Part shown: positions 28,407-39,442 of the stretch, piece by piece
How the letters are laid out: each line of letters opens with the position of its first letter
Position numbering within the stretch: position 1 is the first letter of the stretch
Source of the DNA: Mytilus trossulus
Taxonomy: Eukaryota
Assembly (NCBI RefSeq): GCF_036588685.1
Contig: NC_086381.1
Coordinates: forward strand, 58,466,001-58,530,000
DNA length: 64,000 nt
Reading direction: 5' to 3'
Program-made: the position numbers and the translations under genes
The notes under the pieces: model-generated
What the model was told of the DNA's origin: nothing
What the model saw: the letters and a program-made list of their open reading frames with translations, nothing else
Database searches by the model: none

Positions 28407-28773
28407 CTGTGTTGATATTTCTTACAAAACTGTTTTTTTTATTTGAATTGTTATGAAATATGAATATATTCTTTTACAAAGATATGCATGTAAATTGTTA
28501 GTTAGTATGGTTTGATAGTTGAAATTAAAGAACATTAGGTTTTTATATTTTTCGTTGTAAGATTTGGCTGTGATCTGTTGAGTTTTGTAATTAAAATTTA
28601 TTGAAATACATCGGAGTTTGTGAATGAATGATCTTTATTCTCATAAACCAAATACATAGTTACAGAGAAGATATTACAATAATATATATAACATATATAA
28701 GATATAGCATGTGTGAAATACAAAATTAATATGATAAATATTTACACAAATGATAAATAAACATATAGTTGTA

Positions 28774-31700
28774 TTAACCAGGAGGATAGACTTTCACAGA
28801 AATAGATTTAATAAATCTACAAAGTTTCTCAAGTTCAACAATATTTTGGGTTGAACATACTTGTTTGAATTTGATAACATTTATATTTTTAATACAATAA
28901 TGAGGTAAGTATTTGCATCTTTCATCTTTGAAATAATTACAAGACATGATATAATGGTTTTCATCACCAATGTCAGCTGAGCCACAAAGGTGACACAATC
29001 TTTCAGATCTTGGTATGTTGCGCCACCTTCCCGTCTCAATGGGCAAACGGTTATTCCCACATCTAAATTTACATAAGGTTATTAATAAATTAAATGGTAG
29101 AACTGATAAATAGTGTTCAAATTTAAAAACATTTTTGTACAATCTATAACACAGCCCCTTGGGCGAAGTGTTCATTTCTGTTGACCATTCTTGAATGAAC
29201 TGATCTCTTAATCTTTGCTGAACACTCAATACAACCCAACGTTTCTCAAATAAGTTGTGACTTTGCCATATATTTGACATTCCACAGTCATCAAAAATTT
29301 TCTTTATATATAATATCCATTTACTATCATAACCATAGTTATTAAAATTTACATATAACAGCTTATATAATAAACATGATATTTTGCTCTCTTTTCCTTC
29401 TTGTAAACGACACCAGAAATTAATCATACGTGACTTGACGGTAACAGAAATGGGACATCTTCCCAATTCCCCATAGACCATAAAATTGGGGGTCGATTTT
29501 TTTAACCTCAATATATGTTTGCAAAAACGCAAATGAACTCTCTCAAGAATATCTAAATTTTCGAATCCCCATATCTCACACCCATAAGTTAGTATAGGAA
29601 CAATAGCCTTATCAAACATATCGAGTTGGCACTCGATCGACAAGTTATTTAATCTGGATTTTTTTATCACAGCATACATTGCTTTAATCGCCTGGTCACG
29701 AAGATATTTTCTGGTGGAAAGAAACGAGCCACTTCTAGAAAATACAATACCAAGATATTTATAACTACTGACTATCTCAATTTCATTTCCATCTATATTA
29801 AATAATAAGTTTCTAGGTATTCTACCTTTTGAGAATATCATAATTTTCGTTTTATTTATATTAATTTTCAATTTCCATTGTTTGCATATACTCTGAAAAT
29901 TTGTCCAACATACATTGTAAATCATGGCTAGATTCAGAAAGTAGTATTGTATCATCAGCATACAATAACAGAAAAAATTTAAAATATACAAAAAGTTCAT
30001 TTTCAATATCTTTTGTTACAGACTGTATTCCTTCAATATTAGAGTTTTCTAAAAATTCTTGTAAATCATTTAGATACAGGGAGAAAAGCAAAGGAGAAAG
30101 GTTTTCCCCTTGTCTAACTCCTGTTTCACAAGCAAAAATATCAGAAACTTCTGAATTATGAACAATTTTAGATTTGACATCATCATACATATTTTTAATA
30201 ATTCTTAGAAATTTTCCGTTCACATGGTTTAATATTAGTTTAAAAAATAATGAGTTTCGATGGATAAAATCAAAAGCTTTTTCGAAGTCGACAAATACAC
30301 AAAATAATTTCTTCTTTTTCACCCGCAATAATTCAAATAAAGCATGTAATGAAAAAACATGATCTGTTGTGGAATAACCTTGCCGGAAACCTGCTTGGTT
30401 TTCGTTTAAGATGTTATAATTTTCAATAAAATCCCCAAGTCTGTCGTTAAGAATTGAAGTGAAAACTTTCCCAAGACAAGACAAAAGTGTAATCGGTCTA
30501 TAATTTTTGGCGTCTAATTTACTCCCCTTGTTTTTGAAAATAGGTATGACATTTCCAATAAGCCAAGCCTCAGGCAAGATTCCCGTATCAAATACAATAT
30601 TAAATAAATATACATAAATATCAACCATACAATCAAGAGAAGAAGCAATATATTCATTAATTACTTGGTCTTCACCCGGTGATTTATTATTTTTAGCTTT
30701 TTTTACAGCTTTCAAAATTTCCTCCCGGGTTATTGGACAATTCAAATTTTCATTTACTGTATCAGAATTTACATCGTTTTCTATCAAAAACTCATTTTCG
30801 AACTTATTTTTGTTTAAGTCCTTGAAAAAATCAAATAAATTTTGCAGTGAAATATTGCTTTTCCCTCTTTTTCTACCTCTATTGAACAATTTCCAAAAAT
30901 TCTTTGGGATTTTTTGTTTTCAATCCCTTCATCTTTTTACTCATTTCAGTATTATGATTCTTGATATTAACATCCATAACTTTTTTATAATGCAATTCAC
31001 TTTGTCTAAGTCGTTCTTTAAAAATGTTCGACCCATAATGTTTGTATAACCTCTGAGATTTTCTAAATTCTCGTTGCGCTTTTTTACAATCTTTATTGTA
31101 CCAGTCTTTACTAAACTGGTTCTTTGAGCACTTAAACATAGTTTTATTAAATGTCGAAGTTCCGAATGTTGCCTTGGCAGATTCGGTTAAAGTATCACAC
31201 ATATCAGTAACAATGTTATTCATATCATATTTAGTAACATTATTTACATCATTTACATATGCAGACAATCTATTACATATATCATCAACCTTATTTCTAT
31301 CTATATTGTTCTTATACTCATTACATTTTTCATTTTTCCATTTATTTACTCTTTCGTCACCACAACAAAGTGTTTCTGTTAACAATTTGTCTTGTATGTC
31401 ATTATTTGTATACAATTGAAGAGACAAAGGAGAGTGTACATCTGAAAATAGTTTACAAAAATTTAACACTTCAAGTTTACAAATGTTGTATAAAAAATGA
31501 GTAGAACTCAACGCATAGTCAATAACGCTAGAATTTCTACTAGTTGGACTACCTGTTTTGTTTTCTTCCAGTCTACCGTTAAGAATAAACATTCTGTTAT
31601 TTTTACAAAAATCAATAAATTTTCTTCCATACCCATTTACTACAGTTTCTATACTATTTCTCAGTCTTGGTATACCAAGTTCATCTAAAACATCAACATC

Positions 31701-32336
31701 ACTTAATTCATTATAATCTGTGAAATTATTTTCAAAAGAACTATCTTTATCAATATTATAAAAATCAGACAAATTTCCCGTGCGACTATTAAAATCACCA
31801 AGCATAGTAATATAGTTTGTTTTACTACAAAAATTTTGTAATTCAAATTCAATTTCAGTAAATGCATCTTCTGATGTATATGAAGTATTTATCGGTGGGA
31901 TATATATCATTCCAAAAATAGCATCGTTTGGTAAATCTAAAATTTTTTTGTCTATACTCAACCAAAGTACAAATTGGCAGTCTGACTGAATATATTTAAT
32001 ATACTTGTCTAAGTATTTTTTTAAACCCAAAGCAATACCACCAGATTTGTGATTTGCTAGCTTCTTTCTGTTTTTATAATGAAAAATGAAATTATCACAA
32101 TCTATTTCGTCTACATCATCTAGTTTTGTTTCTGTTAAACATACAATATCATGGTTATCTAATAATGACTTAAATTCAGGATACAAAAGTTTTGTTTTTA
32201 TACCACATACATTTAATGAAAGGATTTCAATAGTTTTGTTGTGAACATCAATACATGTATCTTTATTTACAGGTAATGAACAAGAGTGAAGGTCGCTAGT
32301 TTGTTTACACTGGTCATTTCTAACGGTACTTTTCAA
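28774..32336 (-). pseudogene. LINE ORF2: apurinic endonuclease + reverse transcriptase, broken by two single-base insertions
   Basis: APE motifs SLNVCG, CLTETK, GDFNSRTG, SVIDY, SDVH. RT motifs YRPITLLS, QAGFR, DFEKAFD, GVRQGENLSPLLF, LLYADD, YLG. C-terminal CHLC...DENHYIMSC. Frame breaks near 30890 (extra T in GAATTTTTGG; restored EFWKLF) and near 29885 (extra A; restored EYCKQW). Confidence 0.9.
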
Positions 32337-32351
32337 TCCTCCACGGTATTC

Positions 32352-32710
32352 CTAGTTCTGTCCTTTTCGGGGTCCTCTACGGGGTTGTGAAAATTTCGAC
32401 TGGTTGAATTCTCTCGGTCGAGCTCCTTGTTCGTTGTATTGGTGGCGTGAACGTGTCTGTCTATCGTTAGTGTCCATTTCTTTAGTGGTGTCTTTTGGTG
32501 TAAATTCGTTCCCTTCAATAAATAAGCGGTCCCTCTTGAAGAAAGCTTTTTTCCTTTGACGACGTGCCTCTTGAAAGTGGGGCCACAGTGCCTTCCTACG
32601 GTCGTTTATCTCCTTCGGAAACTGTTCGTTTATGCCGTATTTTGTGTCTTTTAATTCTCTAGCTGCTTTCCGTACGAGTTCTCGTTGCTTGAAATTTACA
32701 AATCTACATA
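32352..32710 (-). pseudogene. LINE ORF1, C-terminal part (end of RRM + CTD)
   Basis: Manual translation CRFVNFKQRELVRKAARELKDTKYGINEQFPKEINDRRKALWPHFQEARRQRKKAFFKRDRLFIEG...GQN*. Continues PIVC in frame once the insertion and one TSD copy are removed. Not in the ORF track. Confidence 0.8.
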
Positions 32711-34107
32711 TCTATCTATCTTCCCGTCAAGGAGTGGACTCATATTTGAGTGTATATACTCCAGCGTGAGTGAACAGCTAAAAACCTTCAAGTATGTACA
32801 ATTAAAAGAGATCTGTATGTACAGTTAAAAACGGTGCTGTAATTTAGATGTGGAGTAGTGTCGACACGCTGACATCTTGGATGGCGTGTCGAAAGTGTTC
32901 CACAGACGGGGAAGCTCGGATATCTGGAGGTATGTTGTTCCAGGATATGATGGTGGCTGGGATGAACGAATATTTAAAGCAGTCCAGTCTGGTCCTTATC
33001 TGTCTGATGTTGTTTGATATGGAACCACGGGTTCTGGTATCATGATGGCAGAGCAGGTGGTGAACAGGAACTTCTACAATATGGTTTATTATCTTGTAGA
33101 ACATGATGACTCTGCTCCTGGCTCTCCTATGTTCCAGTGGTTCCCAACCTAGTTGCTGAGTCATTTTAGTCACACAGCCTGGTTCCCTTGAGAAAAAGTC
33201 CCCCATTACGAATCTAGCAGCCTGGCGTTGTACGTTTTCCAGTTGTTGAATTTGTTGTTGCTGGTAGGGATCCCAGACAGCGCTGGCGTACTCAAGGATG
33301 GGTCTTACTAACGTCGTATATGCTTGACTTTTTACTTCCTGAGGACAACTCCGGAGGTTCCTTCGCAGGAATCCAACAGATCTGGAGGCTTTGGCTGTGG
33401 TCTGGTTGATGTGCTCACGCCAAGACAGGTCCTTGCTGATGTATAAGCCAAGGTATTTCCCGCCTGGGACGCTTTCAAGGGTATGGCCATGCAGATGGTA
33501 ATCGCATATGGTGGGTTTGCGTTTCTTGCTGATATGGATGGTAGTACATTTTTGCGGGTGGAACGCCATTTGCCAATCATTTTCCCATTTTTCTAATTTA
33601 TCAAGGTCATCTTGTAGCTTGATGGAATCGCTAGTGGATCTTATAGGACGGTATAACAGGCAGTCATCAGCAAACAATTTCACGCTCGAGTTAACCGATT
33701 CAGGGAGGTCATTGATGAAGACAAGAAAGAGCAGGGGTCCCATTACTGTACCTTGTGGTACACCAGAAACTACCTCTGCTTCGTCTGACATTGTTCCCTC
33801 CACTAGAACATGTTGTTTCCTACTGTTCAGGAAGCTCTCCACCCATTTGAGAGTATAGTCACTGACTCCATAGTATTGGAGCTTATGGAGAAGTCGCTTG
33901 TGTGGCACCTTATCAAAGGCTTTGGCAAAGTCTAATAGTATTGCGTCGATTTGTTGGCCATCTGATAGTCCATTTGCCAGTTCATGAATAGTGGCGATCA
34001 GTTGAGTCTCACATGAGCGTTTTGTGCGGAATCCATGTTGGGCTGGTGTTAAAATGGAGTGCTTTTCTAGATGTTCCATTATCTTCGAGTGGAGTATGTG
34101 CTCCATC
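32711..34107 (-). mobile_element. 5'-truncated CR1-type LINE (RT ORF 32844-34109) nested in ORF1 of the larger LINE
   Basis: Uninterrupted RT: QHGFR...SCETQL, LDFAKAFDKVPH, SGVPQGTVMGPLLFL, LFADD, KYLG, LVRPILEYAS. (GATA)n 3' tail; ACATA duplicated at 32706-32710 and 34108-34112; higher GC than the host element. Confidence 0.92.
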
Positions 34108-35046
34108 ACATACTATTGGTTTAGTAACAAATTTAATAGAACCGTCAGGATTTTTTTCGGTGAATTTTTTACCGAAACGATGAGCTCGATGAAATTTCGG
34201 TAATGATTCCATTTTTAATTCCACTGTCATAAAATTTTCGATAATTTTCTCTGTTTCCTCCGACTGTTCAGACTCGTCATACATTGGGATACCCGTAAAA
34301 ATCAAATTCTCCCTCATCGACCTAGTTTGGAGATCTAGTTGTCTTTCGTTGAGATCTTCGAAATCTGTTCGTAGTTTATCAATAGTTATGGTTGCTTCTT
34401 CGTTTTCAGAGCGGATCTCTGTCAGGTTTTTTTTTACTTCTCGGACATCCTTTTTGTTATTTTCGAATTCTGCATTGATAAAGTTCAAACCTTTTTCAAC
34501 CTCGTCGACTCGTTTATTGATACTCTCGATACCTTTAACCATACTGTTTACCGTTTTATAAAATTTGTTAAGTTTTTCGGTAAGTTTGTCAATGTTTGAT
34601 ATTTTCTCACATATCATGTCTACTTTTTGGGTTAAAAGATCAATTTTCCCTCCGTTATCTATGAAAGCTGGGTTCATATTCGAGTGCATCATTGGCTGCA
34701 TGTAAGTATTTTGAGGGGTACCAGGAAAAAAACCTAGGGTTGATGGTGTTGGCGAGGTTAGCAAGAAGTTTGGATTCTGAATGTTATGGAATTGCTGATA
34801 ATTTCTATTATGTTCGACCATTGGAGATTCGTGAACAGGAGTACTTTGTATCGACATGTTTGACACAGGTTTAATTGGATTGTCAGTAGATTTAAGATTC
34901 TTACTTTTGTTTACACTTTTGGTTACACTATTACTATCAGTGTGAGTACTATTCGATTTCTTTTTATTTGGTTTCTCACCACTTGTGTTCTGTCCGTTTG
35001 ATTTATTCCTTTTCCTTTTTGGTTTATCACTTTTCTTTGGATTCAT
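34108..35046 (-). pseudogene. LINE ORF1, N-terminal part (basic N-terminus, coiled coil, start of RRM)
   Basis: MNPKKSDKPKRKR..., heptad-like coiled coil, then SMRENLIFTGIP...FHRAHRFG...KPIVC, typical of L1-type ORF1p RRM. Cut at PIVC by the nested element. Confidence 0.82.
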
Positions 35047-36320
35047 AAAGACTGTCTATTTATTTTCCACCAGAATGAATTAAGTGTTTTTGTCAAAACC
35101 ACATATAAACACATCATAATCCATTTTGAAATTCAAATTTTGAGGAGCGAAAAAATAGTCGACATTTTATTTCACACATGCGCATACTTTTTTTGTTAAT
35201 CTTACATTTTATGAATTCTTGTGCTTAATGATGTACTCTTGTGAAAACAAAAAGATCAAGAAATTAAAATTGATAGTAGAAGTCACAATAGTATATGTTA
35301 AGTAACACAATAACGCTAAAATATTGATAGGTTATTGAGCTCCTTTTCGAGATATTTGAGTTTTAAGAGTTCAACTTGGCGGGAAAAGACTGACTCAGAC
35401 TTTTACCTTATATATTTACATAAGAATTTTTTGGGTCTCAAATCGAAAGAAAAGAAATTTAGAATCTGTTTAAATTTTGGTAAATGACCTATTATAAGCA
35501 ATCGAAGTCTTGTATGAAAAGTAAAATGGGTGTTATGGGACAATTTTTTTTACCCTGTATCATAGGGGGATACAAGGAGTCCGAACAATTGCCATCTTTC
35601 TTCCTAGAGAGTGATAGTTACTATACCACCGTCTATCCACGACTCTCTTTCTCTAAAATTAGCAGGTCGACTTTTCATCATCGACCGAACCTTTTTAAGC
35701 GCAGATTATCCACCGATTCGCGGTGTGAAATGGTTGTGAGTGGTATATATTATGATCGTCTGAGTCAATTATAAGAGTCAGTATGGTTTTGATCTCGTTT
35801 TAAATTGACAAAAATGAGCATTATCAACTTCAGTTTCATATATACTTTACTTTTTTTCTGTACATCGTTTGCCACTGAGGCAAACATATAGGAAAGATTT
35901 CGACACACAAAAATATTGTATGCACTCGCTCTTGGATTCAAAAAGGTTGGTCTCCAGTGTCACTTGACCTGTTGATGATTCAATTTTTCAATTTTCCGGA
36001 GACTCCTATTTTACGAACAAAAAAAATATAGTATTCTTTTATAAACAAAACAGTCTCAATAAGAGCCAAGACAGTCTAACATTAGTATCGGATACGAAAG
36101 TGGAACTAGAGACATTTCCTGGTAGAAAATATTAAAGGAAAACTGATAGACACTCATAACTAAAAGTGGAGGTGTAATACTCTTGCAAATGACAGTTTTC
36201 TGGGTTATTGTGTAAGTTTTTTGTTGTTGTTTTTGTTTTGTTTGAATGACTTATAACTTTTGTTTAACACTAACGAATTAGAATCCTATAATACCAAAAG
36301 CCTTTTATTCATAATTCATA

Positions 36321-38321
36321 TTACTGGTTAAGTAAAAACCCAGAAAAACTGGATAAATCATCAAGGACGCAACCACCACCGTTGTAGTGACTGTTCCGAA
36401 TCCAAATTTTGTCCCCGGCTTTGAGTCGAACCACTGCCATACTGCTGTCGGACGTATTTGATGTTACCCAGATTGATATCAGCCTCTTTCCTTCTTTTAC
36501 AATATCTACCAAACAGGAATGGTGTGTGTTTCCCCGAATCTGAACGTGGAATACGTAAACTCCGTTATTTGGTACAGTAAAAACACCATCCGAGGTGTCA
36601 TAACCACTACCTTCGTTGCTTAAGACTCGGTCGAATGCAATGACTTGGTTATCACCGAGTGACATGTCGTTGTTATTTTCAACAGTAAAGAAAACACTTG
36701 GGAAATCTGAAAATAAAATGATTAATATAGAACTCCTTCTCTTTATGTCTATTTTTAGGAGTGTATGCGTGTTAACTGTTTATTAGTTAGAAACTTTTAT
36801 CTTAAAATTTGTAAAAAGAGGGACAACCCCTCTTGCAGAGTGGTGCCTAAAACTAGACAACAATTGTAGTGATATTGCTGTAAAAGTTAGAAATCGGTTC
36901 AGATTAAAGAGAACAAGAATGTGTCCCCAGTACACTGGTGCCCCACTGGCACTATCATTTTCTATGTTCAGGGGACCATGAAATTGGGGTAAAAACTATA
37001 ATTTGGCATTGCAATTACAAAGATCATACCATAGGGAACATGTGTACTAAGTTTGAAGTCGATTGAATTTCAACTTCATCAAAAACTACCTTGACCAAAA
37101 ACCTCCTCCTGAAGTGGGACAGACGGACAGACGAACGAACGGACGAGCGGACGCACAGACCAGAAAACATAATGTCCCTTTACTATCGTAGGTGGAGCAT
37201 AAAAATTATACTTTATCAATATTGAAGCACCTATGTATTTTTATATATGGGACACATTGACCAAAAAATGGCGGCTCACTACGTCACCAAAGTCTTACTT
37301 ATTTGGATATATGTGACATACCTATCCTCATGTTTTGGTTGATATATTTTTCTTGTCAGATTGATGCCATTACTTTGAGCGAAATATTCTAGAGGGTATC
37401 ACTTACACGATTATCTGTTTATTGTTCAAATGATATTTGTTTGATAAAGTAAATGATCAATATATTTTCAGTTCTCAATTCTATAAAATCTTTAAGTAAA
37501 CATATTTTTATGTCCATGCTTACCAACTGAAGCAAGTCGTTTTCTACTCTTTTCACATCTTGCCGAATCGTTTTCTTCTACTTTAGAAAGTTTTTGTTGG
37601 AGTAGTTTGTTTTGCTGTACCAGGAAAGCTAAAAAAAAATCACATAAAAAAAAATCAAAGAGGGTCTCAAAGGGGTCTTCATTTCAATGTACATACTTCT
37701 TATGCCTTTTTACCATACTCTCATTCATTTGTCCATTATTCTATATTTTTGTCATATTTAAGGGCATCCTTTTGCTTTATTCTTTACGTATTATGCTTTG
37801 TCGTTCTTAAGAAGCTAATATTATCTATAGGGCATCAACAACATGTCATTTTGTGTTTTACGATTATAGCATCTGAGTGGAAATTGCTTAGACAAAGGAC
37901 TTAACCTTCTTATTCGGAGGAGCCTCGGTGACCGGGTGGTCTCAGTAAAATCCAGCTACTACATCACTTGCCATAAAACACTGAGGTTGCGAGTTCGAAG
38001 CTTGCACTGGGCAGGTGCTATTGGGACTGGGATTGTTAGTTTTTCTACCGAAGGTCGGAGGTTCTCTCCACGGGGCACTCTGGCTTCCTCTATCAATAAA
38101 AACTTACCACCACGAAATAGCACGATAGTGTTGAAAGTGGTGTTAGAAACCAATTAATCAATTTTAATTGAAGACAATTACTTACTAGTGGTATGTCGTA
38201 AATCATTAAGTTCCTTGATAATCTTTTCATATTTTTCATCGCCTGTAGTTACATCCTCACTGGATATACTTGAAAGTAATAAAGTCTCAAAAATGCAGAC
38301 AAGAAATGAGCTTGAAACCAT
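36321..38321 (-). CDS. Secreted C1q-domain-containing protein (signal peptide, short coiled coil, gC1q), about 208 aa, 3 exons
   Basis: Exons 38321-38186, 37628-37524, 36706-36321, joined by phase-1 GT-AG introns. MVSSSFLVCIFETLLLSSISS signal peptide; gC1q motifs FDRVLSNEGSGYD...GVFTVPNNGVYVF...LKAGDKIWI...SSFSGFLL. Confidence 0.9.
37916..38160 (+). mobile_element. tRNA-derived SINE with V-like core, in C1q intron 1 (second copy about 59690-59862, - strand)
   Basis: A-box-like GGTGACCGGGTGGT, B-box-like GAGTTCGAA, core GGTTCTCTCCACGGGGCACTCTGGCTTCCTC, short AATC-like tail. Confidence 0.7.
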
Positions 38322-39167
38322 TTTGGAATATGAAAAGTTGTGCAAATCTTTCTTATCAAACATTGCTAAAAGGTCAATTTGATAACTGTCTTCTGATCTT
38401 TGACTTGAGCACTATATGCACTATAAACTACTGTCATACAAATGGGAGATTGTGCTAGCTATAAACCAGATTTAATCCCCCATTACCAAGCCAGGAATAT
38501 ATGACAGTTGATTTCTAATTGTTCCGTCGGTTGATTTAACGAAATCCATCTTTTTCAGAAATTAGAGTTCGGTATTTTTCTTTATGTTTTTTTTCAAAAA
38601 AAAATGCAGAAAAATACAAGAACAATGCCCCCTACCGATGCACATAATATATCTGCCCAAAGGCTGATGATAACGGATATGTTCCTGATGTCGTAACAAC
38701 AATCCCGTGACTTTTTCCCGAATGTGGTCTATCGAATTAAACTTATTTCCAGGTTTGTAATAACATGAACAACACGACGGGTGTCACATATTGATCAGGA
38801 TCTGCTTACCCTTTCGGAACACCTGAGATCACCCCCAGTTTTTGGTGGGGTTCGTGTTGCTCAGTCGGCTTTAGGTTTCTAAATGTTATGTGTTTGTGTA
38901 CTATTGTTTCTCTATTGGTCTTTTTTAACCATTGCATGCATTGTCAGTTTATTTTCGACATATGAGTTTGAATGTCCCTCTGGTATTTTTGGTCCTCAAC
39001 AATTTTAAATAACCATTCCATTTCGTCGTTGTCTTTCCATCATCCATTCCTTCAATCGTCCAATTCTCATTTGAATTCAACCATTCTGTCACTTCTGTCG
39101 TACAAACAAACACAGAAAACAATAGTGAAGTATAACTGTTGAGAAGATGAAAAAGGATTGGGTCTAA

Positions 39168-39442
39168 TGCTGAGTTCACACGTAATTCGCATTCGAAACG
39201 TTTTACGTCCTAACGTCAATTCTAATTCGAATTACAATGCGCGTCGAATTCATTTTACTGTCCAAACGACCGTTAACTTTTAATTCGTATTAACAAAAGC
39301 GTATTTCTAATCCGAATTGGATAATTCGAATTAGCCAATTAGCCAATTCGAATCAATTCGAATTAAAAAGAAGAGTGTGTGAACGCGATAAGCGAATTCG
39401 ATTATAATTCAATTCGAATTAAATGTCCGTGTGAACGAGGCA
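39168..39442. mobile_element. PIF/Harbinger-type MITE with TAA TSD, upstream of the C1q gene
   Basis: TIR TGCTGAGTTCACACG / CGTGTGAACGAGGCA; TAA on both sides; many internal AATTCGAATT motifs. Confidence 0.8.

Larger units (their letters stand above)
28621..35185 (-). mobile_element. Near full-length two-ORF non-LTR retrotransposon (RTE-X-like; clade tentative), interrupted by a nested LINE
   Basis: ORF1 (coiled coil + RRM-like) and ORF2 (APE + RT + C-terminal Cys/His motif). The 3' end has AATAAA (28634-28639 on minus) followed by a short (CATT)n tail. 5' boundary is approximate; no TSD found. Confidence 0.85.

Noticed and set aside
34009-35046. Single intact 345-aa ORF
   Set aside because: The last ~32 residues come from the nested CR1 element read out of frame; the true ORF1 continues near 32708.
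37916-38010. tRNA gene
   Set aside because: A/B-box-like motifs only, no complete cloverleaf, followed by SINE core and tail.
39180-39425. Heat-shock elements upstream of the C1q gene
   Set aside because: TTCGAA/GAATTC lack the 2-bp spacing of nGAAn arrays; motifs are internal repeats of a MITE.
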